64,000 nt of DNA. Source: Ilumatobacteraceae bacterium (GTDB taxonomy: Bacteria > Actinomycetota > Acidimicrobiia > Acidimicrobiales > Ilumatobacteraceae). Made by a program: the position numbers and the translations under genes. This document shows, one piece after another, positions 24,499 through 33,628 of this stretch (position 1 is its first letter; each line of letters starts with the position of its first letter). The notes under the pieces were generated by a model. That model made no database searches and was not told the origin of the DNA. It saw only the letters and a program-made list of their open reading frames with translations. The stretch spans positions 98,245-162,244 of the forward strand of contig CAVVBH010000031.1 of assembly GCA_963746365.1 (NCBI GenBank), read 5' to 3'.

Positions 24499-24607
24499 CC
24501 GCGATGAGAGATGAGCCGCCCGGCACGGCTCATCTCTCATCGCGGCACGTCGCCGCCCACGTGAGATGAGAGATGTGCGGCGTGGGGCGGCTCATCTCTC
24601 ATCGCGG
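24499..24607. repeat. pair of hairpin repeats built on the core GATGAGAGATG/CATCTCTCATC; same family at 37105-37213; possible terminator for ftsX
   Basis: Hairpin 1 is a perfect 20-bp stem (24499-24518 / 24526-24545) with a 7-nt loop, starting 3 nt after the ftsX stop. Hairpin 2 is imperfect, with cores at 24565-24575 and 24593-24603. Confidence 0.9.
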
Positions 24608-24634
24608 GACGGGTTGGGGGATAGGTTCCGGCGG

Positions 24635-25495
24635 ATGGAGTACACGCAGATCGCTTACGAGGTCGATGACCACGTTGCGACCATCACACTGAACCGGCCG
24701 GACAAGCTCAACGCCTTCACCACCAGGATGATGCGCGAGATGATCGATGCCTTCGATCGCATCGATGCCGACGACGAGGTGCGCGCGGTCATCGTGACCG
24801 GAGCCGGGCGAGCGTTCTGCGCCGGGGCCGATCTGTCGGCCGGAGGAGCCACGTTCGAAAAGGGTGGCAGCGACGAGCACACGTCGGCAGGCGTACCGCG
24901 CGACGGCGGGGGGATGGTGTCACTGCGGATCTTCGAGTCCACGAAGCCCGTGATCGCGGCGATCAACGGCCCGGCCGTCGGCGTTGGGATCACGATGGCC
25001 CTGCCGATGGACATCCGACTGGCGAGCACCTCGGCGAAGATCGGCTTCGTGTTCGCCCGACGTGGCATCGTGCCGGAGGCCTGTTCATCGTGGTTCCTGC
25101 CCCGATTGGTCGGCATCAGCCAGGCCCTGGAGTGGTGCTACAGCGGACGGGTGTTCTCGGCCGACGAGGCACTGGAGGGCCGACTGGTCAGGAGCGTCCA
25201 CGAACCGGACGATCTCATCCCGGCGGCGCGGGCGATCGCTGCCGAGATCGTCGACAACACCTCGCCCGTCAGCATCGCCCTGACGCGGCGGATGATGTGG
25301 TCGATGCTGACCGCAGACCACCCGATGGAGGCACACCGTGTCGACTCGCGGGCCATACTCGAACGTGGTCGCAGCGCGGATGCCCGGGAAGGTGTCGAGA
25401 GCTTCCTGGAGAAACGGCCCGCGGTGTTCACCGATCGGGTCAGCGATGGGGTCCCAGACGTCTTTCCTGGGCAATTGATTCGGAAGTTCTCGTAA
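24635..25495 (+). CDS. enoyl-CoA hydratase/isomerase (crotonase) family protein
   Basis: VATITLNRPDKLNAF.., oxyanion-hole segments VIVTGAGRAFCAGADL and AAINGPAVGVGITMAL. ATG at 24635 inside ORF 24566... Confidence 0.85.
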   Translation: MEYTQIAYEVDDHVATITLNRPDKLNAFTTRMMREMIDAFDRIDADDEVRAVIVTGAGRAFCAGADLSAGGATFEKGGSDEHTSAGVPRDGGGMVSLRIFESTKPVIAAINGPAVGVGITMALPMDIRLASTSAKIGFVFARRGIVPEACSSWFLPRLVGISQALEWCYSGRVFSADEALEGRLVRSVHEPDDLIPAARAIAAEIVDNTSPVSIALTRRMMWSMLTADHPMEAHRVDSRAILERGRSADAREGVESFLEKRPAVFTDRVSDGVPDVFPGQLIRKFS

Positions 25496-25600
25496 AGCCG
25501 ACCGCTTTCCGTGCCGATGTGACATCTGCAACGGTACGCAATCGGAATCTCACCGACTCGTACCGGTTGTGGCGGGCAACTCACTACAAGGACGGGACCA

Positions 25601-25795
25601 ATGAACTCAACAGCGATGCGACTTCGAGGTGGCGATGTGATCGAGCTCGAGATGGATGGCGACATCGTCTCGGCGCTGGTGCTCCTGGCCAACAACGAGA
25701 ACGTGATCTTTGACCTCTGCGACGGCAACATGCCGTGCGTAGCGCGTCACGAAGACCTCGCCAACGTGCGAGTCTTCGACGGCCTTGCTGCCTGA
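25601..25795 (+). CDS. hypothetical 64-aa protein
   Basis: The only non-overlapped ORF in this gap. Acidic, non-Arg-rich composition (MNSTAMRLRGGDVIELEMDGDIVSALVLLANNENVIFDL..) with G/C-ending codons. No recognisable family. Confidence 0.35.
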   Translation: MNSTAMRLRGGDVIELEMDGDIVSALVLLANNENVIFDLCDGNMPCVARHEDLANVRVFDGLAA

Positions 25796-25821
25796 CTCCT
25801 GACCGATAGCCTCAGCGGTCG

Positions 25822-26241
25822 ATGACCGATGAGGTGACTTTGTACGACGCTGTCGGCGGGATGCCGTTCTTCGAACGGTTGGTCGATGCGTTCTACACGG
25901 GGGTGGCGGGCGACGACATTCTGGTGACTCTCTACCCCGAGGCGCCGGATCTGCGCGGCGCCCGCCACCGCCTGACTCTGTTCCTCGCCCAGTACTGGGG
26001 AGGGCCCACCACGTACAACGACGAACGCGGCCACCCACGACTGCGCATGCGGCACATGCCCTTCAACGTCGGTCCCGTGCAACGTGATCGTTGGCTGACC
26101 CACATGGGAGCCGCCGTTGCGGAGTGTTCGCCCACGCAGGAGATCGCCGAGCGGTTGATGGCCTACTTCGTGCCCACGGCCGAGCAGATGCGCAACGACA
26201 CCGGTCTGCCCATCTCGTCGCCGGCACAGCGACGTCAGTAG
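25822..26241 (+). CDS. glbO: group II truncated haemoglobin (trHbO)
   Basis: LYDAVGGMPFFERLVDAFYTGV.., FLAQYWGGPTTY..RGHPRLRMRHMPF.. are the characteristic trHbO motifs. 139 aa. Confidence 0.85.
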   Translation: MTDEVTLYDAVGGMPFFERLVDAFYTGVAGDDILVTLYPEAPDLRGARHRLTLFLAQYWGGPTTYNDERGHPRLRMRHMPFNVGPVQRDRWLTHMGAAVAECSPTQEIAERLMAYFVPTAEQMRNDTGLPISSPAQRRQ

Positions 26242-27144
26242 TGCCACGGAAAGGCGCTCCAGTCGGGGTCGCGCTTCTCCAGGAACGACGCGCGGCCTTC
26301 TTCGGCCTCGTCGCTCGCGTACGCCAAGCGTGTTGCCTCGCCGGCGAACACCTGCTGACCGACCAACCCGTCGTCGATGAGGTTGAACGAGAACTTCAGC
26401 ATCCGTTGGGCAGTCGGGCTCTTCCCATTGATCTCCTTGGCCCATTGCAAGGCCGTGGACTCCAACTCGGCGTGCGGAACGACGGCATTGACCATCCCCA
26501 TGCGGTGGGCATCGGCTGCGGAGTACTCCCGGCCGAGGAAGAAGATCTCGCGTGCGAACTTCTGTCCGACCTGGCGAGCGAGGTAGGCACTTCCGAAGCC
26601 TCCGTCGAAGCTGGCAACATCGGCGTCGGTCTGCTTGAACCGGGCGTGCTCGTCGCTGGCCAGCGTGAGATCGCAGACGACGTGCAGGCTGTGACCGCCG
26701 CCGGCCGCCCACCCCGGTACGACGCAGATCACGACCTTCGGCATGAAACGGATCAGCCGCTGCACTTCGAGGATGTGCAACCGTCCCGAGCGGCCCGGCT
26801 CGATCGTTTCGCGACCTTCGTCGGTGGCGTACTTGTAACCATCGCGGCCGCGGATCCGCTGGTCGCCGCCGCTGCAGAACGCCCAGCCGCCGTCCTTCGG
26901 TGATGGCCCGTTGCCGGTCAGCAGCACACACCCGACGTCGGTCGTCATCCGCGCGATCGTCCAGTGCTGCGTAGAGCTGATCGACGGTGCGCGGGCGGAA
27001 GGCGTTGCGCACCTCCGGCCGGTTGAAGGCGATCCGCACCGTGCCGTGCTCGACCGATCGGTGGTAGGTGATGTCGTCGAAGGTGAAGCCGGGGACCTCG
27101 CGCCACGCCGCGGGATCGAACAAGTCGGAGACCATGGACCCCAT
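26235..27144 (-). pseudogene. menB: 1,4-dihydroxy-2-naphthoyl-CoA synthase, one frame break near 26955
   Basis: The N-terminal 63 aa (..ITYHRSVEHGTVRIAFNRPEVRNAFRPRTVDQLYAALDD) are in the frame of ORF 25747..27144. The rest (ARMTTDVGCVLLTGNGPSPKDGGWAFCSGGDQ..VVPGWAAGGGHSLHVVCDL..FLEKRDPDWSAFPWHY) is in the frame of ORF 26235..27401. They join after removing one base in gac-gat-c-gcg. Confidence 0.88.
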
Positions 27145-27176
27145 TGTGCTGTATCGGGCGCTGCTACGTTCAGCCC

Positions 27177-27932
27177 GTGACCGGCCTGCAGATCCTGGGC
27201 GTTCCCGGCATCCCCGAGATCACCCGAGGTGCCGACCTGGCCGCGATCATCGCCGATGCCGCTTCCGCCGCCGGCAGCCCTCTTGCGGACGGCGACATCG
27301 TCGTGGTGACGTCGAAGATCGTGTCGAAGGCCGAGGGTCGCGTCATCGAGCTCGCGATCCGTCGAGCCGTCACAGTTCGCCCGTCGAGTGGTCGGCCACA
27401 TGGGACAAGGACCCGGCGGTCACCGAGGTCGTGCTCCGCGAGGCGAAACGGATCGTCCGTCAAGTCGGGCCGGTCCTCATCACCGAAACGCAGCACGGCT
27501 TCGTCTGCGCGAACAGCGGCGTCGATCAGTCGTCCAGCGGGGCGCACGGGCGGCTGGTGGTGCTGCCGACCGATCCCGATGCCTCGGCTCGACGTATTCG
27601 GGCAGGGCTTGGTCGAGCGTGGTGTCGACGCCGCCGTGATCATCTCCGACACATTCGGGCGGGCATGGCGCGAAGGGCAGACCGATATCGCCATCGGCAT
27701 CGCCGGGATGCAGCCGATCCTCAGCTACATCGGACAGTTCGACCCACACGGGCACGAGTTCAAGGTGCAGGCGGTGTGCCTCGCGGACGAGCTCGCCGGA
27801 GCGGCGGAATTGGTGAAGGGCAACATCTCGCGCATGCCCGTCGGCGTGATCCGCGGGTACCAATGGGAGGCCGACGACTCGGCGACCATTGCCCCTGTGC
27901 TGCGCGATCAGAGCCGGGATCTGTTCAGATAG
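27177..27932 (+). pseudogene. cofE: coenzyme F420:L-glutamate ligase (stand-alone CofE-type), two frame breaks near 27355 and 27608
   Basis: VVVTSKIVSKAEGRVIEL (frame of ORF 27144..), then ..KDPAVTEVVLREAKRIV..LITETQHGFVCANSGVDQS..LPTDPDASARRIR (frame of ORF 27068..), then GVDAAVIISDTFGRAWREGQTDIAIGIAG.. back in the first frame. Confidence 0.8.
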
Positions 27933-27936
27933 GCGC

Positions 27937-28395
27937 ATGCCCGAGCAGATTCGCGTCGAACGAACCATCCATGGCGAGGCGCGCGACCTGTACGACCTCG
28001 TCAGCGATCTCCCCAGGATGGGCGAGTGGTCGCCGGAGAACACGGGCGGCCGATGGGTCAACGGTGCAGCCGGTCCGGTCGTGGGAGCCCGCTTCAAGGG
28101 CTCGAACAAGAAGGGGTGGGCGAGGTGGAGCACCGACGTCGTCGTGACCGTGGCCGAGCCCGGCGAGCGGTTCAGCTTCGACGTGACCCGCGGTCCTCTC
28201 AGGATCGCCAACTGGGACTACACGTTCGACCAGCAGGGCAGCAAGACCCTGGTCGTCGAGACGTGGACCGATCACCGTGTGCCGATGATCGGCACGATCG
28301 CCGGCTGGTTCATCGGGGTGACAGATCGGCCGGACCGCAACCGGCAGGGGATGGAAGTGACGCTGGCGAAGCTGGCCGCCGCTGTCGAATCGTGA
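27937..28395 (+). CDS. SRPBCC (polyketide cyclase/START-like) superfamily protein
   Basis: 152 aa. IRVERTIHGEARDLYDLVSDLPRMGEWSPE..WDYTF.. is typical of this ligand-binding fold. ATG at 27937. Confidence 0.7.
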   Translation: MPEQIRVERTIHGEARDLYDLVSDLPRMGEWSPENTGGRWVNGAAGPVVGARFKGSNKKGWARWSTDVVVTVAEPGERFSFDVTRGPLRIANWDYTFDQQGSKTLVVETWTDHRVPMIGTIAGWFIGVTDRPDRNRQGMEVTLAKLAAAVES

Positions 28396-29310
28396 TCATT
28401 CCGTCAGGGCCGAATACTCGACTGCGATGTCGCCGGCCAGCGCTGCATTCCGTTTGACCAGTGTCGTGTTGGCCTTCAGGCTGCGGCCCCCGGTCTTGTC
28501 GAAGATCCGGGTCAGCAGGAACGGTGTCACCGCTTGCCCGACGATTCCCTGCGCGGCCAGGTCGTCGAGTGCCTCGGCGATGAAGCCATCGATCTCGCCT
28601 GCAGGAATCTCGTCGGCTTCCGGAATGGGATTGGCAATGCAGATGCCGCGACGCAACTGCAGGCCCTGCCACGCTGCATCGAGAACGCCCGCGCATTGCT
28701 TGGCATCGTCGACATGGCGGGGCGCGGGATGGCCGCTCGACCGGCTGTAGAACGCCGGGAACTCGTCGTTGCCGACCACCACCACCGGCACGCCGACGGT
28801 CTCGAGGTACTCGAGCGTGAGGGCGATGTCGAGGATCGACTTCACTCCGGCGCACACCACGGCAACGGGAGTTGTGGCCAGTTCGGTGAGGTCGGCCGAG
28901 ATGTCGAAGGTCGCCGACGCGCCGCGGTGCACACCGCCGATGCCCCCGGTCGCGAAGATCCGAATGCCCGCGAGCGACGACAGGTGCATCGTCGCGGCCA
29001 CCGTGGTGGCACCCGTGGCGCCCGTAGCGACCAGCCAGGCCAGATCGCGTGTGGTGGCCTTGTGCACGCCGGATCGAGTGGCGAGCAACTCGATGTCCGC
29101 CCGGTCCAGCCCGATCCGGCAGGTGCCGTCGAGAACGGCGATCGTCGCCGGCGTCGCTCCGTGCTCGCGCACGATCGATTCGACATCGCACGCCATCTCG
29201 ATGTTCTGCGGATAGGGCATCCCGTGGCTGATGATCGTCGACTCCAGGGCGACCACCGGCCGGCCGGCACGCACCGCTTCTTGCACTTCTTCGCTGACGA
29301 GAATGGCCAT
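28396..29310 (-). CDS. psuG: pseudouridine-5'-phosphate glycosidase
   Basis: GRPVVALESTIISHGMPYPQN, FATGGIGGVHRG, VVCAGVKSILDI. Intact, 304 aa. Confidence 0.88.
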   Translation of the reverse strand: MAILVSEEVQEAVRAGRPVVALESTIISHGMPYPQNIEMACDVESIVREHGATPATIAVLDGTCRIGLDRADIELLATRSGVHKATTRDLAWLVATGATGATTVAATMHLSSLAGIRIFATGGIGGVHRGASATFDISADLTELATTPVAVVCAGVKSILDIALTLEYLETVGVPVVVVGNDEFPAFYSRSSGHPAPRHVDDAKQCAGVLDAAWQGLQLRRGICIANPIPEADEIPAGEIDGFIAEALDDLAAQGIVGQAVTPFLLTRIFDKTGGRSLKANTTLVKRNAALAGDIAVEYSALTE

Positions 29311-29363
29311 TGATGGCTACGGTACCGCTGCATCGATCATCGAGTAGGCCACACTGTGCGACG

Positions 29364-30166
29364 ATGAGTGTGGAATCTGACGAGCCGATCCGACTGACTC
29401 GCGATGGTCCGATCGCCACGATCTGGCTGAACCGTCCCACCAAGCGCAACGCGATGAACTATGCGATGTGGTCGCGGCTGGGCGAGTTGGCGACGCAACT
29501 CGGCGCAGGATCCGGCCACGCGGGTCGTCGTGGTGCGTGGCGCAGGCGAACATTTCTGCGCGGGTGCCGACATCACGGAACTGAACGTTCGCCGCGATCC
29601 GGATGAGGCGTCGTTCTCTGCGGTCGTGGCCGCGGCCGAGGCAGCGTTGGCAGGCGTACCGAAGCCGACGGTGGCGTTCATCTCCGGCGACTGCATCGGT
29701 GGCGGATGCTCCATCGCCATCGACTGCGACCTTCGCGTTGCCACCAGCGACGCACGGTTCGGGATCACCCCCGCCAAACTCGGCATCGTGTACCCGAGCG
29801 GGGCGCTGGAGCGGGCAGCGCACTTGCTCGGTCCTGCCGTGACGAAGCGTCTGCTGTTCACCGGCGATCTCATGTCGGTCGCCGAGGCTCGACGCGTCGG
29901 ACTGGTCGACGAGATTGTCGACGTCGCTGGCGGCGAGGAACGGCTTGCTACGTTGACCGGCGTGCTCGCATCGCGTTCGCTCTTGACCCAGGCGGCAACG
30001 AAGTCGATGATCTCGGAGATCCTGACGCACGGTCACGTCTCACCAGCCGTGGCAGGATCACTGGCGCGATGTCGCCGCAGCCGCACCCGACGGTGCAGAA
30101 GGAGTCGCAGCGTTCGTCGAGAAGCGGATCGCCCGCTTCACGTGGTCGGGCTCAGATGGCGTCTAG
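29364..30166 (+). pseudogene. enoyl-CoA hydratase/isomerase family protein, two frame breaks near 29505 and 30043
   Basis: IATIWLNRPTKRNAM.. (frame 0), then VVVVRGAGEHFCAGADI..FISGDCIGGGCSIAIDCDLRV.. (frame of ORF 29461..), then C-terminal ..APDGAEGVAAFVEKRIARFTWSGSDGV* in the third frame. The TAG at 30164-30166 lies 11 nt inside modB. Confidence 0.78.
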
Positions 30167-30971
30167 GACAGCACGCCGCATCGAGCGCTCGTTGCCCTGG
30201 CCGGCGATGGTGCTCGCCGTGCTCGCCGTCATCTTCTTCGCCCTGCCGCTGGCCGGGCTGATCAGCCGCGCACCGTGGAGAAGTGTCGGAACGATCCTGC
30301 GCACACACAGCGTGCGCGAGGCACTGAGGCTCTCGATCATCTGCAGCCTCTGCGCCACCATCGTCTCGGTCATCCTCGGCCTCCCGCTGGCCTGGTTGCT
30401 CGCGAGGAAACGGTTTGTCGGCCGTTCGGTCGTGCGTGCCCTCTGCACGCTGTCGATGTTGCTCCCCCCAGTGGTCGGAGGCGTCGCTCTGCTGTTCGCG
30501 CTCGGCCGCCGCGGGCTGGTCGGTCAATACCTCGATCGGTGGTTCGACATCCGCTTGCCGTTGACGTCGGCAGGCGTGGTGATCGCCCAGACCTTCGTTG
30601 CGATGCCCTTCTTCGTCGTCACGGTCGAAGCCGCTCTGCGCCAGGCAGACGTTGGTCACGACGAGGCGGCGCGTACCCTCGGCGCCGGCACGTGGTACTC
30701 GTTCCGCCGCGTCACACTGCCCGCTATCCGCCCCGCGCTGATCGCCGGCGCCGTGCTGTCGTGGGCCCGTGCCGTCGGGGAGTTCGGCGCGACGATCACC
30801 TTCGCCGGCAGCTTTCCTGGCAAGACCCAGACGCTGCCGTTGTCGGTGTACCTCACCCTCGACACCGACCCGAAGCAAGCACTCGTGCTCGCGCTGTTGA
30901 TGGTGGCCGTCTCCTTTGCTGTTCTCGTCGCGCTTCGCGACAGGTGGTTGGGTGGCGGAGAGCGTACGTGA
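30156..30971 (+). CDS. modB: molybdate ABC transporter permease
   Basis: 271 aa, 5-6 TM helices, EAA-loop region (DEAARTLGAGTWYSFRRVTLPAIRPAL), and SFPGKTQTLPLSVY typical of ModB/CysTW permeases. Confidence 0.8.
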   Translation: MASRTARRIERSLPWPAMVLAVLAVIFFALPLAGLISRAPWRSVGTILRTHSVREALRLSIICSLCATIVSVILGLPLAWLLARKRFVGRSVVRALCTLSMLLPPVVGGVALLFALGRRGLVGQYLDRWFDIRLPLTSAGVVIAQTFVAMPFFVVTVEAALRQADVGHDEAARTLGAGTWYSFRRVTLPAIRPALIAGAVLSWARAVGEFGATITFAGSFPGKTQTLPLSVYLTLDTDPKQALVLALLMVAVSFAVLVALRDRWLGGGERT

Positions 30972-32023
30972 CACTCCGCGCCCACATCGTGGTCGCCCAC
31001 GGTCCGTTGAACCTCGACGTGTGGCTCGATGCCGAGCCTGGCGAGGTCGTCGCCCTGCTCGGTCCCAACGGCGCGGGAAAGACGACCATCCTTCGTTGTC
31101 TGGCCGGACTGCAGGCCATCGATCGTGGCTCGATCAACGTGCTCGGCGAAGTCTTCGACGATCCGTCGTCGGGCGTTTTCGTGCCGTCGGAGCAACGGTC
31201 GTCGGGCGTGATGTTCCAGCAGAACCTGCTGTTTCCGCACATGTCGGTGCTCGAGAACGTGGCGTTCGGGCTGAGGGCTCGCGGTGTCGACAAGTCGGCT
31301 GCGCGCGAGGAGGCTCGGCACTGGCTGCGCAGGGTGGGGAGCCCGGACATCGAACGATCACGTCCTGACCAACTGTCAGGCGGTCAGACCCAGCGGGCTG
31401 CGTTGGCGCGGGCCCTCGCTCCCGAGCCGACGCTCTTGCTGTTGGACGAACCGTTGGCGGCACTCGACGCCGCAACACGGGTCGAGGTGCGCCGCGAGCT
31501 GCGTCGCCATCTCTCGGAGTTCAGGGGATGTGCGGTGCTGGTGACACACGATCCGGTCGACGCCTACACGCTGGCGGATCGGGTCGTCATCGTCGAGAAC
31601 GGCCATGTCGTCCAGGACGGGACGTTCACCGAGATCGCCGCCCATCCGCGGTCGGCATACGTGGCCGAAAGCGTCGGTGTGAACCTGCTGACCGGTTCGG
31701 TGATGGGTGGGGTGTTTGCCGTCGACAGCGGGGCAACCCTCGTCGTCGCGGCCGCAGACGTCGACGGCTCGGCGATCGCAGTGATCCGTCCACAGGCGGT
31801 CTCGCTGCACGCGTCGAGGCCGGACGGCAGTCCGAGGAATGCGTGGCGCGGGTCGGTCGTCGACGTCGACCATCGTGCGGATCGTGTACGCGTGCGTCTC
31901 GAAGGTCCCGTCCAACTGACCGCCGAGATCACCTTCGGCGCCGCCGAGGCATTGCGGGTCAAGGTCGGCCGCGAGCTGTGGGCGGCCGTGAAGGCCACCG
32001 AGATCACCGTCATCCTCAACTGA
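30968..32023 (+). CDS. modC: molybdate-type ABC transporter ATP-binding protein with C-terminal TOBE/Mop-like domain
   Basis: GTGA start/stop overlap with modB. Walker A GPNGAGKTT, signature LSGGQTQR, Walker B LLLLDEPLAALD, and a C-terminal beta-rich domain of about 110 aa. Confidence 0.8.
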   Translation: MTLRAHIVVAHGPLNLDVWLDAEPGEVVALLGPNGAGKTTILRCLAGLQAIDRGSINVLGEVFDDPSSGVFVPSEQRSSGVMFQQNLLFPHMSVLENVAFGLRARGVDKSAAREEARHWLRRVGSPDIERSRPDQLSGGQTQRAALARALAPEPTLLLLDEPLAALDAATRVEVRRELRRHLSEFRGCAVLVTHDPVDAYTLADRVVIVENGHVVQDGTFTEIAAHPRSAYVAESVGVNLLTGSVMGGVFAVDSGATLVVAAADVDGSAIAVIRPQAVSLHASRPDGSPRNAWRGSVVDVDHRADRVRVRLEGPVQLTAEITFGAAEALRVKVGRELWAAVKATEITVILN

Positions 32024-32143
32024 ACGTGACGCGGACCTCGTCGCGGGTGTCGTGCCGGGGTGTCGTACCGGGGTGTCGTGGCGGTCGGGACGCAGTGCGG
32101 TCTGGCAAGATCTCCACATGTCAAGAACCAGGAACGTCGCACC

Positions 32144-33001
32144 GTGTCGAAGGTGATCGAGAGCGTCGGTGTGGTCGGTTGCGGGCTGATGGGTTCGGGG
32201 ATCGCCGAGGTCGCAGCGCGAGCAGGCCTGGATGTGACGGTCACCGAGAGCTCGCCGTCCGCCGCCGAGGCGGGCATGGCTCGCGTGGCGACCTCACTGA
32301 AGCGGGCCGTCGCGTCGGGCCGTCTGTCGGAACCCGACCACGACGCCGCATGGCAGCGCCTGGCGTTCGGCCACCAGTTGGAGACATTGGACGGATGCGA
32401 TCTCGTCATCGAGGCGGTCGCAGAGGACGAGGCGATGAAGGTCGACATGTTCAGTCGGCTCGACTCGGTGTGCAAGCCCGACGCGGTGCTGGCGTCGAAC
32501 ACGTCGAGCATCCCCATCATGAAGCTCGCCCGAGCGACCAAGCGCGAGCAGCAGGTGATCGGCATCCACTTCTTCAACCCCGTGCCCGTGCTGCCACTCG
32601 TCGAGCTGGTGACGTCACTGCTCACCTCCTCCGAGACGGCGGCCGACATCGAGCAGTTCGCCACCGACACGTTGGGCAAGACGGTGATCCGGTCGCGCGA
32701 CCGCGCCGGTTTCATCGTCAACGCTCTGCTGATCCCGTACATCCTCGCTGCCATCCGCATGCTCGAGTCGGGGTTCGCCACCGCCGACGACATCGATACC
32801 GGGATGGTCAAGGGTTGCGCGCACCCGATGGGGCCTCTGCGCTTGGCAGACCTGATCGGTCTCGACACGGTGCAGGCGGTTGCCGAATCCCTGTACGGCG
32901 AGTTCAAGGAGCAGCTCTACACGCCGCCGTCGCTGCTGTTGCGAATGGTCGAAGCCGGCCTCCTCGGCCGCAAGGCCGGTCGCGGCTTCTATGAGTACTG
33001 A
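32144..33001 (+). CDS. 3-hydroxyacyl/3-hydroxybutyryl-CoA dehydrogenase
   Basis: VGVVGCGLMGSGIAEV (NAD fold), SNTSSI, IGIHFFNPVPVLPLVE, GFIVNALL. GTG start at 32144 preferred inside ORF 32060... Confidence 0.85.
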   Translation: MSKVIESVGVVGCGLMGSGIAEVAARAGLDVTVTESSPSAAEAGMARVATSLKRAVASGRLSEPDHDAAWQRLAFGHQLETLDGCDLVIEAVAEDEAMKVDMFSRLDSVCKPDAVLASNTSSIPIMKLARATKREQQVIGIHFFNPVPVLPLVELVTSLLTSSETAADIEQFATDTLGKTVIRSRDRAGFIVNALLIPYILAAIRMLESGFATADDIDTGMVKGCAHPMGPLRLADLIGLDTVQAVAESLYGEFKEQLYTPPSLLLRMVEAGLLGRKAGRGFYEY

Positions 33002-33620
33002 GCGCGACAACAGGCTGCAATGGATCTACTCGTCGCAGGGCGACGAGCAGCTACGGGAGCGCTACGACGTGTGGGCCGCCGACTACGACAGCGACCTCGA
33101 CGACATGAACTGGAAGGCGCCGCACGCCTGCGCCGAGCGTTGCAGCCACTTCGCCCGGCCCGGTGCAGAGATCCTCGATGCGGGATGCGGCACCGGCCTG
33201 GTCGGCGTGTCGCTGGCCGCCATGGGCCACACGCGCATCGTGGGCTTCGACCTGTCGGACGGCATGTTGCAACGCAGTGCCGAGCGCAACGTGTACTCCG
33301 AACTTCACCAGGGCTCGCTGCTGGATCGACTGCCCTTCGATGACGGACGATTCGGCTCCGTCGTGTCGGTCGGCGTCTTCACACTCGGTCATGTCAACGG
33401 CTCGGCGTTCGCCGAACTGGCCAGGGTCACCTCGCCGGGTGGACACGTGTCGATCACATTTCGCGACGACGCCGTCGACGACCTCGGGTACGGAGCCGAA
33501 CAGCAACGGCTGATCGATACCGGCACGTGGGAGCTCGTGGATCTCACCGAACCCATGGCGTTGATCCAGGAAGACGGCGAAGACGTCATGTTGCGCGTGT
33601 GGACCTGGAAGGTGTCGTAA
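32991..33620 (+). CDS. class I SAM-dependent methyltransferase
   Basis: Motif I ILDAGCGTGLVG, post-I GFDLSDGML, and SVGVFTLGHV. The ATG at 32991 overlaps the preceding gene by 11 nt. Confidence 0.75.
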   Translation: MSTERDNRLQWIYSSQGDEQLRERYDVWAADYDSDLDDMNWKAPHACAERCSHFARPGAEILDAGCGTGLVGVSLAAMGHTRIVGFDLSDGMLQRSAERNVYSELHQGSLLDRLPFDDGRFGSVVSVGVFTLGHVNGSAFAELARVTSPGGHVSITFRDDAVDDLGYGAEQQRLIDTGTWELVDLTEPMALIQEDGEDVMLRVWTWKVS

Positions 33621-33628
33621 CGACGGAG

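Noticed and set aside
24566-24634. ORF-track start of the crotonase at 24566 (MRDVRRGAAHLSSRDG..)
   Set aside because: These codons are a translation of the hairpin repeat. The crotonase alignment-like sequence begins at MEYTQIAYEV (ATG 24635).
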